Virus record (IMG/VR): IMGVR_UViG_3300048033_001096
Span: 96,001 to 160,000 of that record
DNA length: 64,000 nt
Source: a virus
Strand: one strand, 5' to 3'
Shown here: one piece after another, positions 48,915 to 58,389 of the stretch
Layout of the letters: every line of letters starts with the position of its first letter
Position numbering within the stretch: position 1 is the first letter of the stretch
Program-made: the position numbers and the translations under genes
Notes under the pieces: model-generated
What the model saw: only the letters and a program-made list of their open reading frames with translations
Database searches by the model: none
Told to the model about the DNA's origin: nothing

Positions 48915-48922
48915 TATAAATA
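48915..48922 (+). promoter_or_regulatory. T4-late-type promoter of the transferase operon
   Basis: Perfect TATAAATA between the terminator and the glycosyltransferase start. Confidence 0.7.
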
Positions 48923-48949
48923 TTTTGTAATTACAAAAAGGTATCCTTA

Positions 48950-49936
48950 ATGACAAGATCAACAGCTTTCTTTATCAACGGCGGCGCAGGCCGTGTTATA
49001 ACATCAATACCAGCATTAGAACTTTACGAAAAAGAAAATCCTAACGATGATTTTATTATTGTGTGCGAGGGCGGAACTGATTTTTATAAAGGTCATCCAA
49101 CTTTGCATAACCGTGCATACGATACGTGGCATAAAGGATTATTTGAGCAATATATTAAAGACAGAAATTGTGTAAGTCCTGAGCCTTATCGTATTTGGGA
49201 ATATTATAATCAAAAGTGCAGTTTAGCACAAGCATTTGATATTGAAATTAACAAACAGGGAATTAGAGAAGTACATATACCGTCTATATATCTTAACAAA
49301 GCAGAAGAATATAATGGAAAAACAGTTGTTGATGAAGTTAAGTCTGTTACTGGATTTAATAAGGTAGTTGTAATTCAACCATTTGGTAGAGGCGTTGAAG
49401 AAACACTCATTGATCAAACATCTAGAAGTTTTAGAGCTGACGACATGTTAGATATTGCTAATCAATTAAAACAAGATTACGGTGTAATTATTATGAGTGA
49501 ATTGCCATTACCTTTATATAACGAAGATGGTGATCCTACTCCTTTAGCACAGCCGCAAATACCGGATATAAGAATATGGGCCGGAGTAATTAAAGAAGCA
49601 GATCATTTCTTAGGTTGCGATAGTGTAGGGCAACATATAGCAAAGTCTCTTGGAACTACTGCTACAGTAATAACAGGTAGTACTTACCCTATTAATACAT
49701 CATATGTTAACGACAAAGATGTTGACATCTTTGACGTTGGAGACGGACGACGAGTATATAGTCCAATACGTGTATCTACAGAAGAAGAGCCCGACAGGTT
49801 GAATGATAAAGCTATGAATATGAGTAAAGAACATGTTAATGATATTGTTAAATCAATTAAAAATCGTGTAGGGAAATCAATAAAGACTACACCAAAACCA
49901 CCTAACGAACAGATGAATAATGGAGGAAATCTATGA
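48950..49936 (+). CDS. GT9-like (heptosyltransferase-fold) glycosyltransferase
   Basis: GGAGRVITSIPAL, VVIQPFG and IKEADHFLGCDSVGQHIAKSLG match the GT9/GT-B pattern. Confidence 0.65.
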   Translation: MTRSTAFFINGGAGRVITSIPALELYEKENPNDDFIIVCEGGTDFYKGHPTLHNRAYDTWHKGLFEQYIKDRNCVSPEPYRIWEYYNQKCSLAQAFDIEINKQGIREVHIPSIYLNKAEEYNGKTVVDEVKSVTGFNKVVVIQPFGRGVEETLIDQTSRSFRADDMLDIANQLKQDYGVIIMSELPLPLYNEDGDPTPLAQPQIPDIRIWAGVIKEADHFLGCDSVGQHIAKSLGTTATVITGSTYPINTSYVNDKDVDIFDVGDGRRVYSPIRVSTEEEPDRLNDKAMNMSKEHVNDIVKSIKNRVGKSIKTTPKPPNEQMNNGGNL

Positions 49937-51732
49937 GCATGTGGATAGCAGGCCTTTCTAGAGGCCACAACGCCGGAGTATGTTTACTTAAAGACGGTGA
50001 AATTGTTTTTTCTATTGAAGAAGAACGATTAACTCGAAAAAAATACGACGGTGGACCTCTAGCGTCTATTCTAAAAATATTAGAATATACAGACAAGCTA
50101 GATTATATGGTTATTTCACACACACAAACTATCGAACAAACAGCAGGTAAGATTGACTACACAGCTGAAGATTATATGACTGCACTTGCTCGTAAAGTTG
50201 GATTAATTGATTATCATCCTCCATGGGAACCACATCCGCAAGTAATTGACGTATCTAAACTTCATCATAAAATGCATGCTTCGTTAGCTTTTTATAGATC
50301 AGGTTTTGAAAAGGCTATTGCAGTTATTGTCGACGGTGCAGGTACAGAGTTTGCTATTGAAGCTGATGACCAAATAAAAAGTATGTGGGAAACAGAAACT
50401 ATTTACGAATGCTCATATCCTGATAATATTAAAACACTTTTTAAGACATTAGGATGTAGAGACTATATGCCATTAATGCCTATGGATGCACCGGACCAAG
50501 ATATATTTGGAAATCCAACAGGTGATAAATTTCCGTGTGCATTGCATGATAGAGCTGGAATTGTAAAGTGCTATGAAGGCGTTACTGAGTATTGTGGATG
50601 GGATGCAATTGAAGCAGGTAAAACTATGGGGTTATTTCCATACGGCAACTCTAACGATGATATTCCGCCTATCTTTGATTATCAATCAGATTTTGGTGCT
50701 CCGTTAAGTAATCGTAATTTATTTGTACCAAGATACCCAAATGGATCTATTGTAAACGAACACTATTATAGTTACTTAATTGACAAAGGCGAAGAAGACG
50801 CTACACAAGAACAAAATCGACGAGATTTAGCATATGCTGTACAAGTTGAATCTCAAGCAGCAGTTACAAAATTAATAAAAGATGCTGTTGAAAATACTGG
50901 CATTAAAAATATTGTTGTCAGTGGAGGATATGGATTAAATTGTGTTGCAAACTATCATTATTTAAAAGAATTAGACGATGATATAAATCTTTATGTAGAA
51001 CCAGTGTCAAATGACGGTGGTACAGCTATGGGTGCAGCATTATGGTTATACAGAAGTATTACTAAGGACAGTAAAATTGAAAAACAATCAGATAATGTGT
51101 ATTTAGGTCCTAAATACAATATTGTCGACAGTGATATAGAACAATTAGCAACAAAGTATAATGCTACGGTTACAGATGCAACCCATCAAGATGTAATTGA
51201 TTTAATTACAAGCAAAAATATTGTTACATTGTTTCAAGGAAGATCAGAAAACGGTCCTCGTGCATTAGGTAACAGAAGTATTATGTACGATCCAACTGAC
51301 CCTCATGGTAAAGATTTTGTTAATATGGTTAAGCATCGTGAATATTTTCGACCATTTGCTGGTAGTATTTTAGAAGAAGATGTACACGAATGGTTTGACT
51401 TACGTGGCATGGAAAGTTCGCCTACAATGATGTATGCTGTTAACTGTCTACCCGGCGTTGAAGAAAAGATTCCTGCTATTATTCACGTAGACGGAACCTG
51501 TCGTATTCAAACTGTAAACAGAGAACAAAATCCACATTACTATGATATTATTAAAACTTTTAAAGAAAAAACTGGATGTCCTATTATCTTTAATACTAGT
51601 TTTAATTTAGGAGGAGACCCATTAGTCGAAACACTAGAAGATGCATTTATAACACTTTCAAAAAGTGACATTAACTATTTATATTTGCCAGAAAATGGTA
51701 AACTAATAAGGATAACAGCAAATGAGTCTTAA
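49933..51732 (+). CDS. Carbamoyltransferase (NodU/CmcH family)
   Basis: EEERLTRKKY, HHKMHA, VDGAG, GKTMGL, SGGYGLNCVAN, GPRALGNRSI, RPFA, HVDGTCRIQTV and NTSFN motifs. Confidence 0.93.
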   Translation: MSMWIAGLSRGHNAGVCLLKDGEIVFSIEEERLTRKKYDGGPLASILKILEYTDKLDYMVISHTQTIEQTAGKIDYTAEDYMTALARKVGLIDYHPPWEPHPQVIDVSKLHHKMHASLAFYRSGFEKAIAVIVDGAGTEFAIEADDQIKSMWETETIYECSYPDNIKTLFKTLGCRDYMPLMPMDAPDQDIFGNPTGDKFPCALHDRAGIVKCYEGVTEYCGWDAIEAGKTMGLFPYGNSNDDIPPIFDYQSDFGAPLSNRNLFVPRYPNGSIVNEHYYSYLIDKGEEDATQEQNRRDLAYAVQVESQAAVTKLIKDAVENTGIKNIVVSGGYGLNCVANYHYLKELDDDINLYVEPVSNDGGTAMGAALWLYRSITKDSKIEKQSDNVYLGPKYNIVDSDIEQLATKYNATVTDATHQDVIDLITSKNIVTLFQGRSENGPRALGNRSIMYDPTDPHGKDFVNMVKHREYFRPFAGSILEEDVHEWFDLRGMESSPTMMYAVNCLPGVEEKIPAIIHVDGTCRIQTVNREQNPHYYDIIKTFKEKTGCPIIFNTSFNLGGDPLVETLEDAFITLSKSDINYLYLPENGKLIRITANES

Positions 51733-52348
51733 TCTAATATTTGGAACTCCGGTATATAAAACTAAAATGCCAAATCATGAAGAAATAGTAGAGGGGTTTA
51801 TGCCCTTTATTGAAAATAAAGAAAATTTTGACATATCAACATTTTGGGACTGTGAATGTAGAACAACTATTCAAAATGATGATAAGAATGAAAAATTTCC
51901 GTGGCAATTATTTTTTGAAAATGTATATAAAGAAGTTGATAACTATTCTGATGCAATTGGATTGTCAGAATGGGGGAAAGATAACATGTATGCCCAAGCC
52001 TGGATTAATAGATACGACGAAGGACAATATCAAGAAGTTCATTCACACGGTGGCGGCAACTTATTAATTAGTTGTGCATATATGTTAAAACTGCCCGAAG
52101 AAAGTGCAAAATTTTCTTTTTATAAATCAAATTATGAAGAATTTCCAGTACATCTTGCACAAGCATTTACTGGTACTCCGCCATATTTTGGAAGAAGAGT
52201 TACACCACCGTTAGAAGAAGGAGATATTATATTTTTTCCTTCAAGTCTAGATCATTATGTATCAACACATAAATCATCACAACTAAGATCAACAATTAGT
52301 GCAAATTTTGGTGTTGCTATCGAGAAGCTAACCATTCAGCAAAGCTAG
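51722..52348 (+). CDS. Putative 2OG-Fe(II) oxygenase
   Basis: AWINRY..YQEVHSH and EGDIIFFPSSLDHYV..RSTISANF. Confidence 0.8.
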   Translation: MSLNLIFGTPVYKTKMPNHEEIVEGFMPFIENKENFDISTFWDCECRTTIQNDDKNEKFPWQLFFENVYKEVDNYSDAIGLSEWGKDNMYAQAWINRYDEGQYQEVHSHGGGNLLISCAYMLKLPEESAKFSFYKSNYEEFPVHLAQAFTGTPPYFGRRVTPPLEEGDIIFFPSSLDHYVSTHKSSQLRSTISANFGVAIEKLTIQQS

Positions 52349-53003
52349 CTAGATCGTCAAAGATAATAGTTTTTTTCTTAATTTTTTGATTACTAAATTT
52401 ATTAAGTTCTTTTAATGTTTCTAACCCGTAACCAGTTTTTACTAGTACAGGCTTTGCTCCTATTTTAAATGCAGCTTTTAAATCAGATATTTTGTCACCG
52501 ACATAAAATCCTCTTTTAAATTTAATAAAAGAAAATTCTTCTTCGCATCTTTTAAACATGCCGGTATTAGGTTTTGCAAATTGATCCCATCTTGCACTTG
52601 TTTCGCTATAATATAGTGCATCAATACTAGCGCATCCGGCTTCGCCTAGTAACTCAAACATATGATTATGGACAGTGTTTACATCGTTTTGGGTATAGAT
52701 ACCTTTGCCTATACCTCCTTGATTAGTAATTATAACAATTTTATGTCCTAAGCGACGAAGTTTAGCAATTGCTTCTAAACTTCCCGAAATAGGTTCGAAG
52801 TCTTCTACCTTGTAAGTGTACTCGCCTCTATCAACATTAATAACACCGTCTCTGTCTAGACCAATCACACATTTAGGAGCAATGTTGTGTACAGTGTCAT
52901 AGTAAGGAATATTGTAGTCGTCTTTTTCTTTATCAGTACTATATTTAATTTGGGAAGTTTTAGATTTAGTAACAGGAGTATTACCCCACATATTATAACT
53001 CAT
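52317..53003 (-). CDS. gmhB: D,D-heptose 1,7-bisphosphate phosphatase (HAD)
   Basis: LDRDGVIN, ITNQGGIG, KPNTGM, VGDKISDL and LVKTGYG motifs; clustered with hldD/hldE. Confidence 0.88.
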   Translation of the reverse strand: MSYNMWGNTPVTKSKTSQIKYSTDKEKDDYNIPYYDTVHNIAPKCVIGLDRDGVINVDRGEYTYKVEDFEPISGSLEAIAKLRRLGHKIVIITNQGGIGKGIYTQNDVNTVHNHMFELLGEAGCASIDALYYSETSARWDQFAKPNTGMFKRCEEEFSFIKFKRGFYVGDKISDLKAAFKIGAKPVLVKTGYGLETLKELNKFSNQKIKKKTIIFDDLASFAEWLASR

Positions 53004-53004
53004 A

Positions 53005-53397
53005 TTACTCTCCAGAGTTAACTAGTGTTTGACTATCTCCAGCCGCAATTCTATAATTGTCTTCAACTGAATCAGGCGTACTAACTTCAGTAACACTGCC
53101 TTCTTTTGTTAAACAAATTAATTGATGTGGCTGCAATGGAGGATTACGCCACACTTCGCCTTCCTTTAATTCTTTTTCGTGTAATGTAGAATCTTTTGTA
53201 TCAATATACGCAACTTTAAATTTTCCACTATTTACAAACCAAGTTTCGTCTTTTTCTTTATGAAAGTGCATACTTGTCTTAGCCATTTCTCTAGTAAAGA
53301 CCATAATTTTTCCACAGTATAAATCATTAGTTGCCCAAATCATTTCGTAGCCCCAGCCTTTTTTATCTACACCGCTTAGTCTAGTTGGTTGATCCAT
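53005..53397 (-). CDS. Cupin sugar(-phosphate) isomerase-like protein
   Basis: KGWGYE, SMHFHKEKDETW, PPLQPHQL and EVSTP..DNYR cupin motifs. Confidence 0.8.
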   Translation of the reverse strand: MDQPTRLSGVDKKGWGYEMIWATNDLYCGKIMVFTREMAKTSMHFHKEKDETWFVNSGKFKVAYIDTKDSTLHEKELKEGEVWRNPPLQPHQLICLTKEGSVTEVSTPDSVEDNYRIAAGDSQTLVNSGE

Positions 53398-54199
53398 TTA
53401 TGTACTCCTCTACTGTTGTAAATTTTAGATCTGTAACATTACTTAATTTAGTAATATCTGCGCATGTGTATTCTTGATATTGCCCTTTTAATTTATCAGG
53501 CATTGGTATATACTTTATTTTAGCATTGTGTTTTTTAGAAATTATTTCAGCAACATCTTGAAAACTTGTAGTTTTGCCTGTTCCGATATTGTAAATGTCA
53601 GATATATCAGATTTTAGCAGTTGTTTGTGTATTTTACAAATGTCGCCTACATATATAAAATCTCGTTTGTAATTGTCACTATCTTCAAATAACTCAATAG
53701 TACTAGTATCTTCTGCTTGTTTTGTAAATTTAGTAATAGGACTTGCTTGGTTTTCTTTGTGTTCTTCAAAAGGTCCATATGCATTAAAATATCTAAAACC
53801 TTGTACAACAACATTACGATTAGATAACCCTAGCACCCATCGATCGAATAAGTACTTACTCCATGCATATGGACTTTGCGGCTGCTTAGGGTCATCTTCG
53901 CCAAATTTTTCATATGGTCCGTATACGCTTGCACTAGAGGCATATTGAAAATTTACTCCCTTTGTATTGCATTGATTAAATAACCATTTACTAAATTCAT
54001 AATTTTGTAACATAATTTTATCAACATTGTTCTCAGTAGTACTAGATATTGCACCTAAATGTATAACCCAGTCATATCCTTCTACTTCTGGAAGCATTTC
54101 ATCTTGCCATTCGTACCCAAACAACTCATGTTCGTCTTGTAACGCTAAAGTTAGATTTTGTCCTATAAATCCTTTGTGACCTGTAATTAATATTTTCAT
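53381..54199 (-). CDS. hldD: ADP-L-glycero-D-manno-heptose 6-epimerase
   Basis: TGHKGFIG, HLGAISSTT, YASSASVYG, YAWSK, FRYFNAYGP and YQEYTCAD. Confidence 0.88.
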   Translation of the reverse strand: MKILITGHKGFIGQNLTLALQDEHELFGYEWQDEMLPEVEGYDWVIHLGAISSTTENNVDKIMLQNYEFSKWLFNQCNTKGVNFQYASSASVYGPYEKFGEDDPKQPQSPYAWSKYLFDRWVLGLSNRNVVVQGFRYFNAYGPFEEHKENQASPITKFTKQAEDTSTIELFEDSDNYKRDFIYVGDICKIHKQLLKSDISDIYNIGTGKTTSFQDVAEIISKKHNAKIKYIPMPDKLKGQYQEYTCADITKLSNVTDLKFTTVEEYINGSTN

Positions 54200-55338
54200 T
54201 TTTTATTCTCTAAAATTTTTGTTGTAGAATGACCTTCTACTGTTGGAATAATATGTACAGGCGCAATGTCATGTCCTACAACATCTCCAGCAGAATAATC
54301 ACCGCCTTTTACAATTAGATCTGGTTTTAAATTTTTAATTAATTCGTATGGTGTTTCGTCATCGAAAATTATAATTTCGTCAACATATGGAAGGAGTTCT
54401 AATTGTTCTCTTCTAACACTAACTGAATTAAACGGACGGTCTTGCCCTTTATTTAATTGCACACTATGGTCGCTATTAAGACCGACAACTAATTTATCTC
54501 CCATGCTTTTAGCTTCTTTAAGTAGTGTAAGGTGTCCAGTATGTAATATGTCAAAACAACCGTTAGTAAAAACTGTTTTCCTACTTAAATCTTGCAAAGT
54601 TAATGTATATGTACCTACATGCTTAACACTTTCTGTCGATGCCCTATTTGCTAAATCTAATGCTTTCTGATAATCAAAATTGTTTATTAGTGCATAAACA
54701 AATGCAGCAAGAAAACAATCTCCAGCACCAGTAACATCATTTACTTCAACAGGGTCAGTAACTGATATATATCTCTTAGAGTCAAATTCAGCAGTAACAG
54801 GTTTATCGGCATTTGTAACTATAATGTTGTTATGCCATTTATTAAACTCAAACTCGTTAAACTCTTTATTATTAGGCTTTACTAACCAAGCACCCTTATA
54901 GTGTTTTGCGTGTCTTTTTGGGTCAACAATTACTTTACAGTCAAACTTGTTACAATGTGCAATCATTTTTTCTACATTGTCAAGTACACCTTTATTATAA
55001 TCACTAAAAATTACATACTTGTATTCGGATAAATCCATTTTAACAAAGTTTTCAAGAATGTCAAAACTATCTGCAATATGATCGTCGTCAATTCTTGATA
55101 TATAATGACCGTCACAAATTATACGAGTTTTTGTACATTTCGGTTGATCATAATCGAGTATATGAGCATCTACACCTAAATTTATTAGATTGTCGTATAC
55201 TAGTCCTGCTCCACCTGCAATCTCATCTGTGTAAATTTGTTTAACTACAGGAACTGGAGCTTCAGGACTTAATCGATCTGAAGTTCCGTAAATGTATTTG
55301 TCATTGATAATATCTCCGAGAACTAAAACTTTATTCAT
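54196..55338 (-). CDS. hldE: Bifunctional heptose 7-phosphate kinase / heptose 1-phosphate adenylyltransferase
   Basis: RLSPEAPVPVV, SDYNKG and DVTGAGD (PfkB domain) fused to FTNGCFDILHTGH, GLNSD and KGGDY. Confidence 0.92.
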   Translation of the reverse strand: MNKVLVLGDIINDKYIYGTSDRLSPEAPVPVVKQIYTDEIAGGAGLVYDNLINLGVDAHILDYDQPKCTKTRIICDGHYISRIDDDHIADSFDILENFVKMDLSEYKYVIFSDYNKGVLDNVEKMIAHCNKFDCKVIVDPKRHAKHYKGAWLVKPNNKEFNEFEFNKWHNNIIVTNADKPVTAEFDSKRYISVTDPVEVNDVTGAGDCFLAAFVYALINNFDYQKALDLANRASTESVKHVGTYTLTLQDLSRKTVFTNGCFDILHTGHLTLLKEAKSMGDKLVVGLNSDHSVQLNKGQDRPFNSVSVRREQLELLPYVDEIIIFDDETPYELIKNLKPDLIVKGGDYSAGDVVGHDIAPVHIIPTVEGHSTTKILENKK

Positions 55339-55343
55339 AGTTT

Positions 55344-55372
55344 ATTATACTACCTTTATTATATCTAGTCAA
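55344..55372 (-). promoter_or_regulatory. Sigma70-type promoter of the hldE-hldD-cupin-gmhB operon (leaderless)
   Basis: TTGACT-17 nt-TATAAT, 5 nt, then the hldE ATG. Confidence 0.75.
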
Positions 55373-55796
55373 GTAAATTTATTACGTCAATTACTGTTTT
55401 TAATTTTGTTATATTACTTTTACGAGATAGTGTACTTTGAAGACCGGAGTGTAAAGGCTTTGGCCACTTGTTGAAAGTAACCCAAGCAAAGCCGTCGTGT
55501 TCGTTGTTTAATTTTGGTATAAATGTGTTTTCAACAACACACAAATAAGTATGAAACTGAAAGTGTTCGTCGTTGCTTACAAAAGTTTCTAAAGGAATAG
55601 TTTTCTTTATATCAATTTCGCCAATTTCTTCAGATATCTCACGACGAAGACCTTCCCACGGAGTTTCTTTTCCTTCATTAGTGCCGCCAACTAACCCCCA
55701 TACGTTATTTCGGCTTCCATTTGCTCTGTGCAAAAATAGAAACATTTTTGTTTTTAAAGAATATACGAGGGCTCCACTACAAACAATTTCTTTCAT
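55365..55796 (-). CDS. Nudix hydrolase
   Basis: GGTNEGKETPWEGLRREISEEIG Nudix box; likely start MKEIV at 55796, 5 nt after GATAATTA. Confidence 0.88.
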   Translation of the reverse strand: MKEIVCSGALVYSLKTKMFLFLHRANGSRNNVWGLVGGTNEGKETPWEGLRREISEEIGEIDIKKTIPLETFVSNDEHFQFHTYLCVVENTFIPKLNNEHDGFAWVTFNKWPKPLHSGLQSTLSRKSNITKLKTVIDVINLLD

Positions 55797-55809
55797 ACTA
55801 ATAATTATC

Positions 55810-57243
55810 TTAGTATGAAATCCTCCAAGAGCCATTTGGATATTCGCCTTCGTAAGAGAGTATCCAATATTCTCCAGTCCATTTATACTGTGTTTGTGTG
55901 TTTATATTTGTAACAAATTCTTCTGACAGATTCTCACTAGCATCAAATACAATATGCCAATTTAATCCATCCCATTCGATAATATCATTTTCACTGGCAA
56001 CAAAGTCTGTATTATCTGCATTTTTCCAAGCTTCAGCTCCGTTAGAATTATCAGCATTTCCAATATTTCCTAACAATAATAGTCGATTACTTGATGATGA
56101 GTCCTGTACTTGTCTTGGATCAAATCTCTGAGGATCTATAATAAAATCTACATACGTTTTATCACCGCCTGGACCGTTTATAATACTGTCAGCTGGTAAT
56201 GTTTCAACATCAGGACTTTGTAATATTAATTTAGTTTCGTCTGTATTGTCAACTGAATCAATTGTAAACACAATATCTAAGTCGTTTGATCGCTGTAATC
56301 TTAATTGTGTAATTCCGGGCTCAAAAGTACTTGGATGAGCAAGAAGCCACTGTGTCCAATTAGTTTTCCCTGCAATTCCGTTTTTCATTAATCTTGCAAC
56401 TCCGTCAAGTACTTCTAAATCATAATCTTGATATGTAGTTACAACTAGTGCTGATTCGTTAGTAAGTGCTTCGTCTGGCTGAATATTTACCTTAGTAGTA
56501 TCTTCATTTTCTTTAATTTTCTGTTCGACTAAACTTTGTGTGTAAGCATTTTCGTCAATATTAACTTCTAGTCCATTGTCATTAAATATTGCTGTAATAA
56601 TTTTAGTTATGACTCCTAACTTTTTAACTTTTGCAGGTGGACTAATAAAAATAGGAGTAGTTAGTGAAATAGTAGCTACGTCAATTTCGGATTCGGTACC
56701 GGTTGGTATACTTCTGCTAGAAAATGTAATGTTTTCCATATTTAATACACTTAAACTTGTCCAGTCTATATAATTATCAGTAGTTTGTATTTCTAAACTT
56801 GGATTAAACAACATAAAAATTTGCTCTAATAGCTGTAGTTTTTGATCTGTGTTAGTACTCCAAATATCTACGTTAACTGTAAGTGTATAAGGTGTAGGCA
56901 TTAATCGCTCAACAGTATAATTTTTTCCGCCTGCATTAAGATATTCGTCACCGTTTTCATTTAACGCACGTTCTCGTATATTCATTTTGTTAACGTAACT
57001 TGAATCAGCTAATCGTGTAGTGTCCATTTCTAAACCAGTGATATATACTGCCATCCGGGGAGCACTTGGCAACTTATTTTCCGAGTTATCTCGCATTATG
57101 CTACCAACTTGTCGAGTTAAATCACCATATGTTACTGGTACTTGTACTAACCGACCTTGTCCGTCCTTATAACTAAATTGTCCAAATAATCTAACTATTT
57201 GTGTTAAGTACCTACGTATTTGTCCGTCATAAAAATGTTGCAT
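55810..57243 (-). CDS. Tail sheath stabiliser/terminator (T4 gp15-like) with C-terminal extension
   Basis: HFYDGQIRRY, VPVTYG, PRMAVYI, PTPY and LEQI..LFNP; TAATG-coupled to the gp14-like gene. Confidence 0.8.
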   Translation of the reverse strand: MQHFYDGQIRRYLTQIVRLFGQFSYKDGQGRLVQVPVTYGDLTRQVGSIMRDNSENKLPSAPRMAVYITGLEMDTTRLADSSYVNKMNIRERALNENGDEYLNAGGKNYTVERLMPTPYTLTVNVDIWSTNTDQKLQLLEQIFMLFNPSLEIQTTDNYIDWTSLSVLNMENITFSSRSIPTGTESEIDVATISLTTPIFISPPAKVKKLGVITKIITAIFNDNGLEVNIDENAYTQSLVEQKIKENEDTTKVNIQPDEALTNESALVVTTYQDYDLEVLDGVARLMKNGIAGKTNWTQWLLAHPSTFEPGITQLRLQRSNDLDIVFTIDSVDNTDETKLILQSPDVETLPADSIINGPGGDKTYVDFIIDPQRFDPRQVQDSSSSNRLLLLGNIGNADNSNGAEAWKNADNTDFVASENDIIEWDGLNWHIVFDASENLSEEFVTNINTQTQYKWTGEYWILSYEGEYPNGSWRISY

Positions 57244-58346
57244 TAGTTATCTGCCTTAGGTCTAAGTGCTTTAGACAAAGACTGTCTTTCAGCTACTTCT
57301 TCACCTGCAATATTGTTTGTATTAGTGTTATTAATAAAGTTACCTTTTTGTGTATTTGTATCGTCATCGCCGTAAACAAATGCACGTTTTACATCATATA
57401 CTTTATTCCATTTATTATTTTTAAACTGAAATAATCTGTTAGGTAAAAAATCTGTTCTTAAAAAATAATCATTACTTTCAGGGTCTGCTGGAAATTGTGT
57501 TCCAAAGCCAAAAGTTCCGCCATTAGGTGCAATTGAGTCGCCTATTATATAACCTTTATAACCGGCTCTGTCCGGTGCAGCCATTGTCGACAATCCGTCT
57601 ACATCTTTAACTTGAGATAGTTCGACAATACCATCGTCGTCGACAGCAACAGAAAAATAATGACTAACATCATAACCGCTTTTATCTAATTCATCTGTTG
57701 CTTCTTGTATAACACCTGTTGTAATATTCATTTCTCTTTCATAAGTAGATAATATATCTCTCAAACTATCGCCTTCTGGCTCTTCTTCGTTAGCAGGCAA
57801 ATCTAATATATCTTTAAATTCTTGTCCGTCGTATATTTGTTTTAATTTAACACGATATAGATGCGGATACCAAGTATGACTAAATCCTTCTGCTGCCCTA
57901 TTAATATCTTCTACAACATAAAATCTTTTTAATGCAACACTAGCATCATTTTCAGCATATTCGTCTATTAAATGCGGTAGTTCAAAAACGTCCCCAGGCA
58001 TAATTTTTCGCCCAATTGTTTTAACACTACTTCGAATATGTATAGTCATAAACAATGTGTCATTTGATAAAAACAAACCAAATTGGCTTAAGTCAAAATC
58101 AATGTCTTGCACATTGTATATTCCTCTAAGTCGATAAATATCTGGATCGTACTTTCTGTCTCTATTTTCTAGAAACATTAGATCTTGTATCTGGGTATGA
58201 TCTTTTACTGTTGTTCCGTCGTCGGTACCTATATACTTGTATATGTGTATATCAGTCCCGCCAATAGTAAACATTTCTAGAATTTGTTTATCTAGAAATT
58301 CATAATCATTACCGCGCTCTGGTTTGTATAAACTTAATCTTGGCAT
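57243..58346 (-). CDS. Neck/head-completion protein (T4 gp14-like)
   Basis: LSQFGLFLSND..PGDVFELP; lies between the gp13- and gp15-like genes; start likely MPRLS at 58346. Confidence 0.7.
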   Translation of the reverse strand: MPRLSLYKPERGNDYEFLDKQILEMFTIGGTDIHIYKYIGTDDGTTVKDHTQIQDLMFLENRDRKYDPDIYRLRGIYNVQDIDFDLSQFGLFLSNDTLFMTIHIRSSVKTIGRKIMPGDVFELPHLIDEYAENDASVALKRFYVVEDINRAAEGFSHTWYPHLYRVKLKQIYDGQEFKDILDLPANEEEPEGDSLRDILSTYEREMNITTGVIQEATDELDKSGYDVSHYFSVAVDDDGIVELSQVKDVDGLSTMAAPDRAGYKGYIIGDSIAPNGGTFGFGTQFPADPESNDYFLRTDFLPNRLFQFKNNKWNKVYDVKRAFVYGDDDTNTQKGNFINNTNTNNIAGEEVAERQSLSKALRPKADN

Positions 58347-58351
58347 ATACA

Positions 58352-58371
58352 TATTTATCGAAAGATAAATA
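58352..58371. promoter_or_regulatory. Back-to-back late promoters forming a perfect inverted repeat
   Basis: TATTTATC-GAAA-GATAAATA between the divergent neck genes. Confidence 0.75.
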
Positions 58372-58389
58372 CTATACGGAGAATAAATT

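Noticed and set aside
48950-55338. Host LPS locus or contamination
   Set aside because: Embedded between phage structural genes, similar composition, and driven in part by a phage late box
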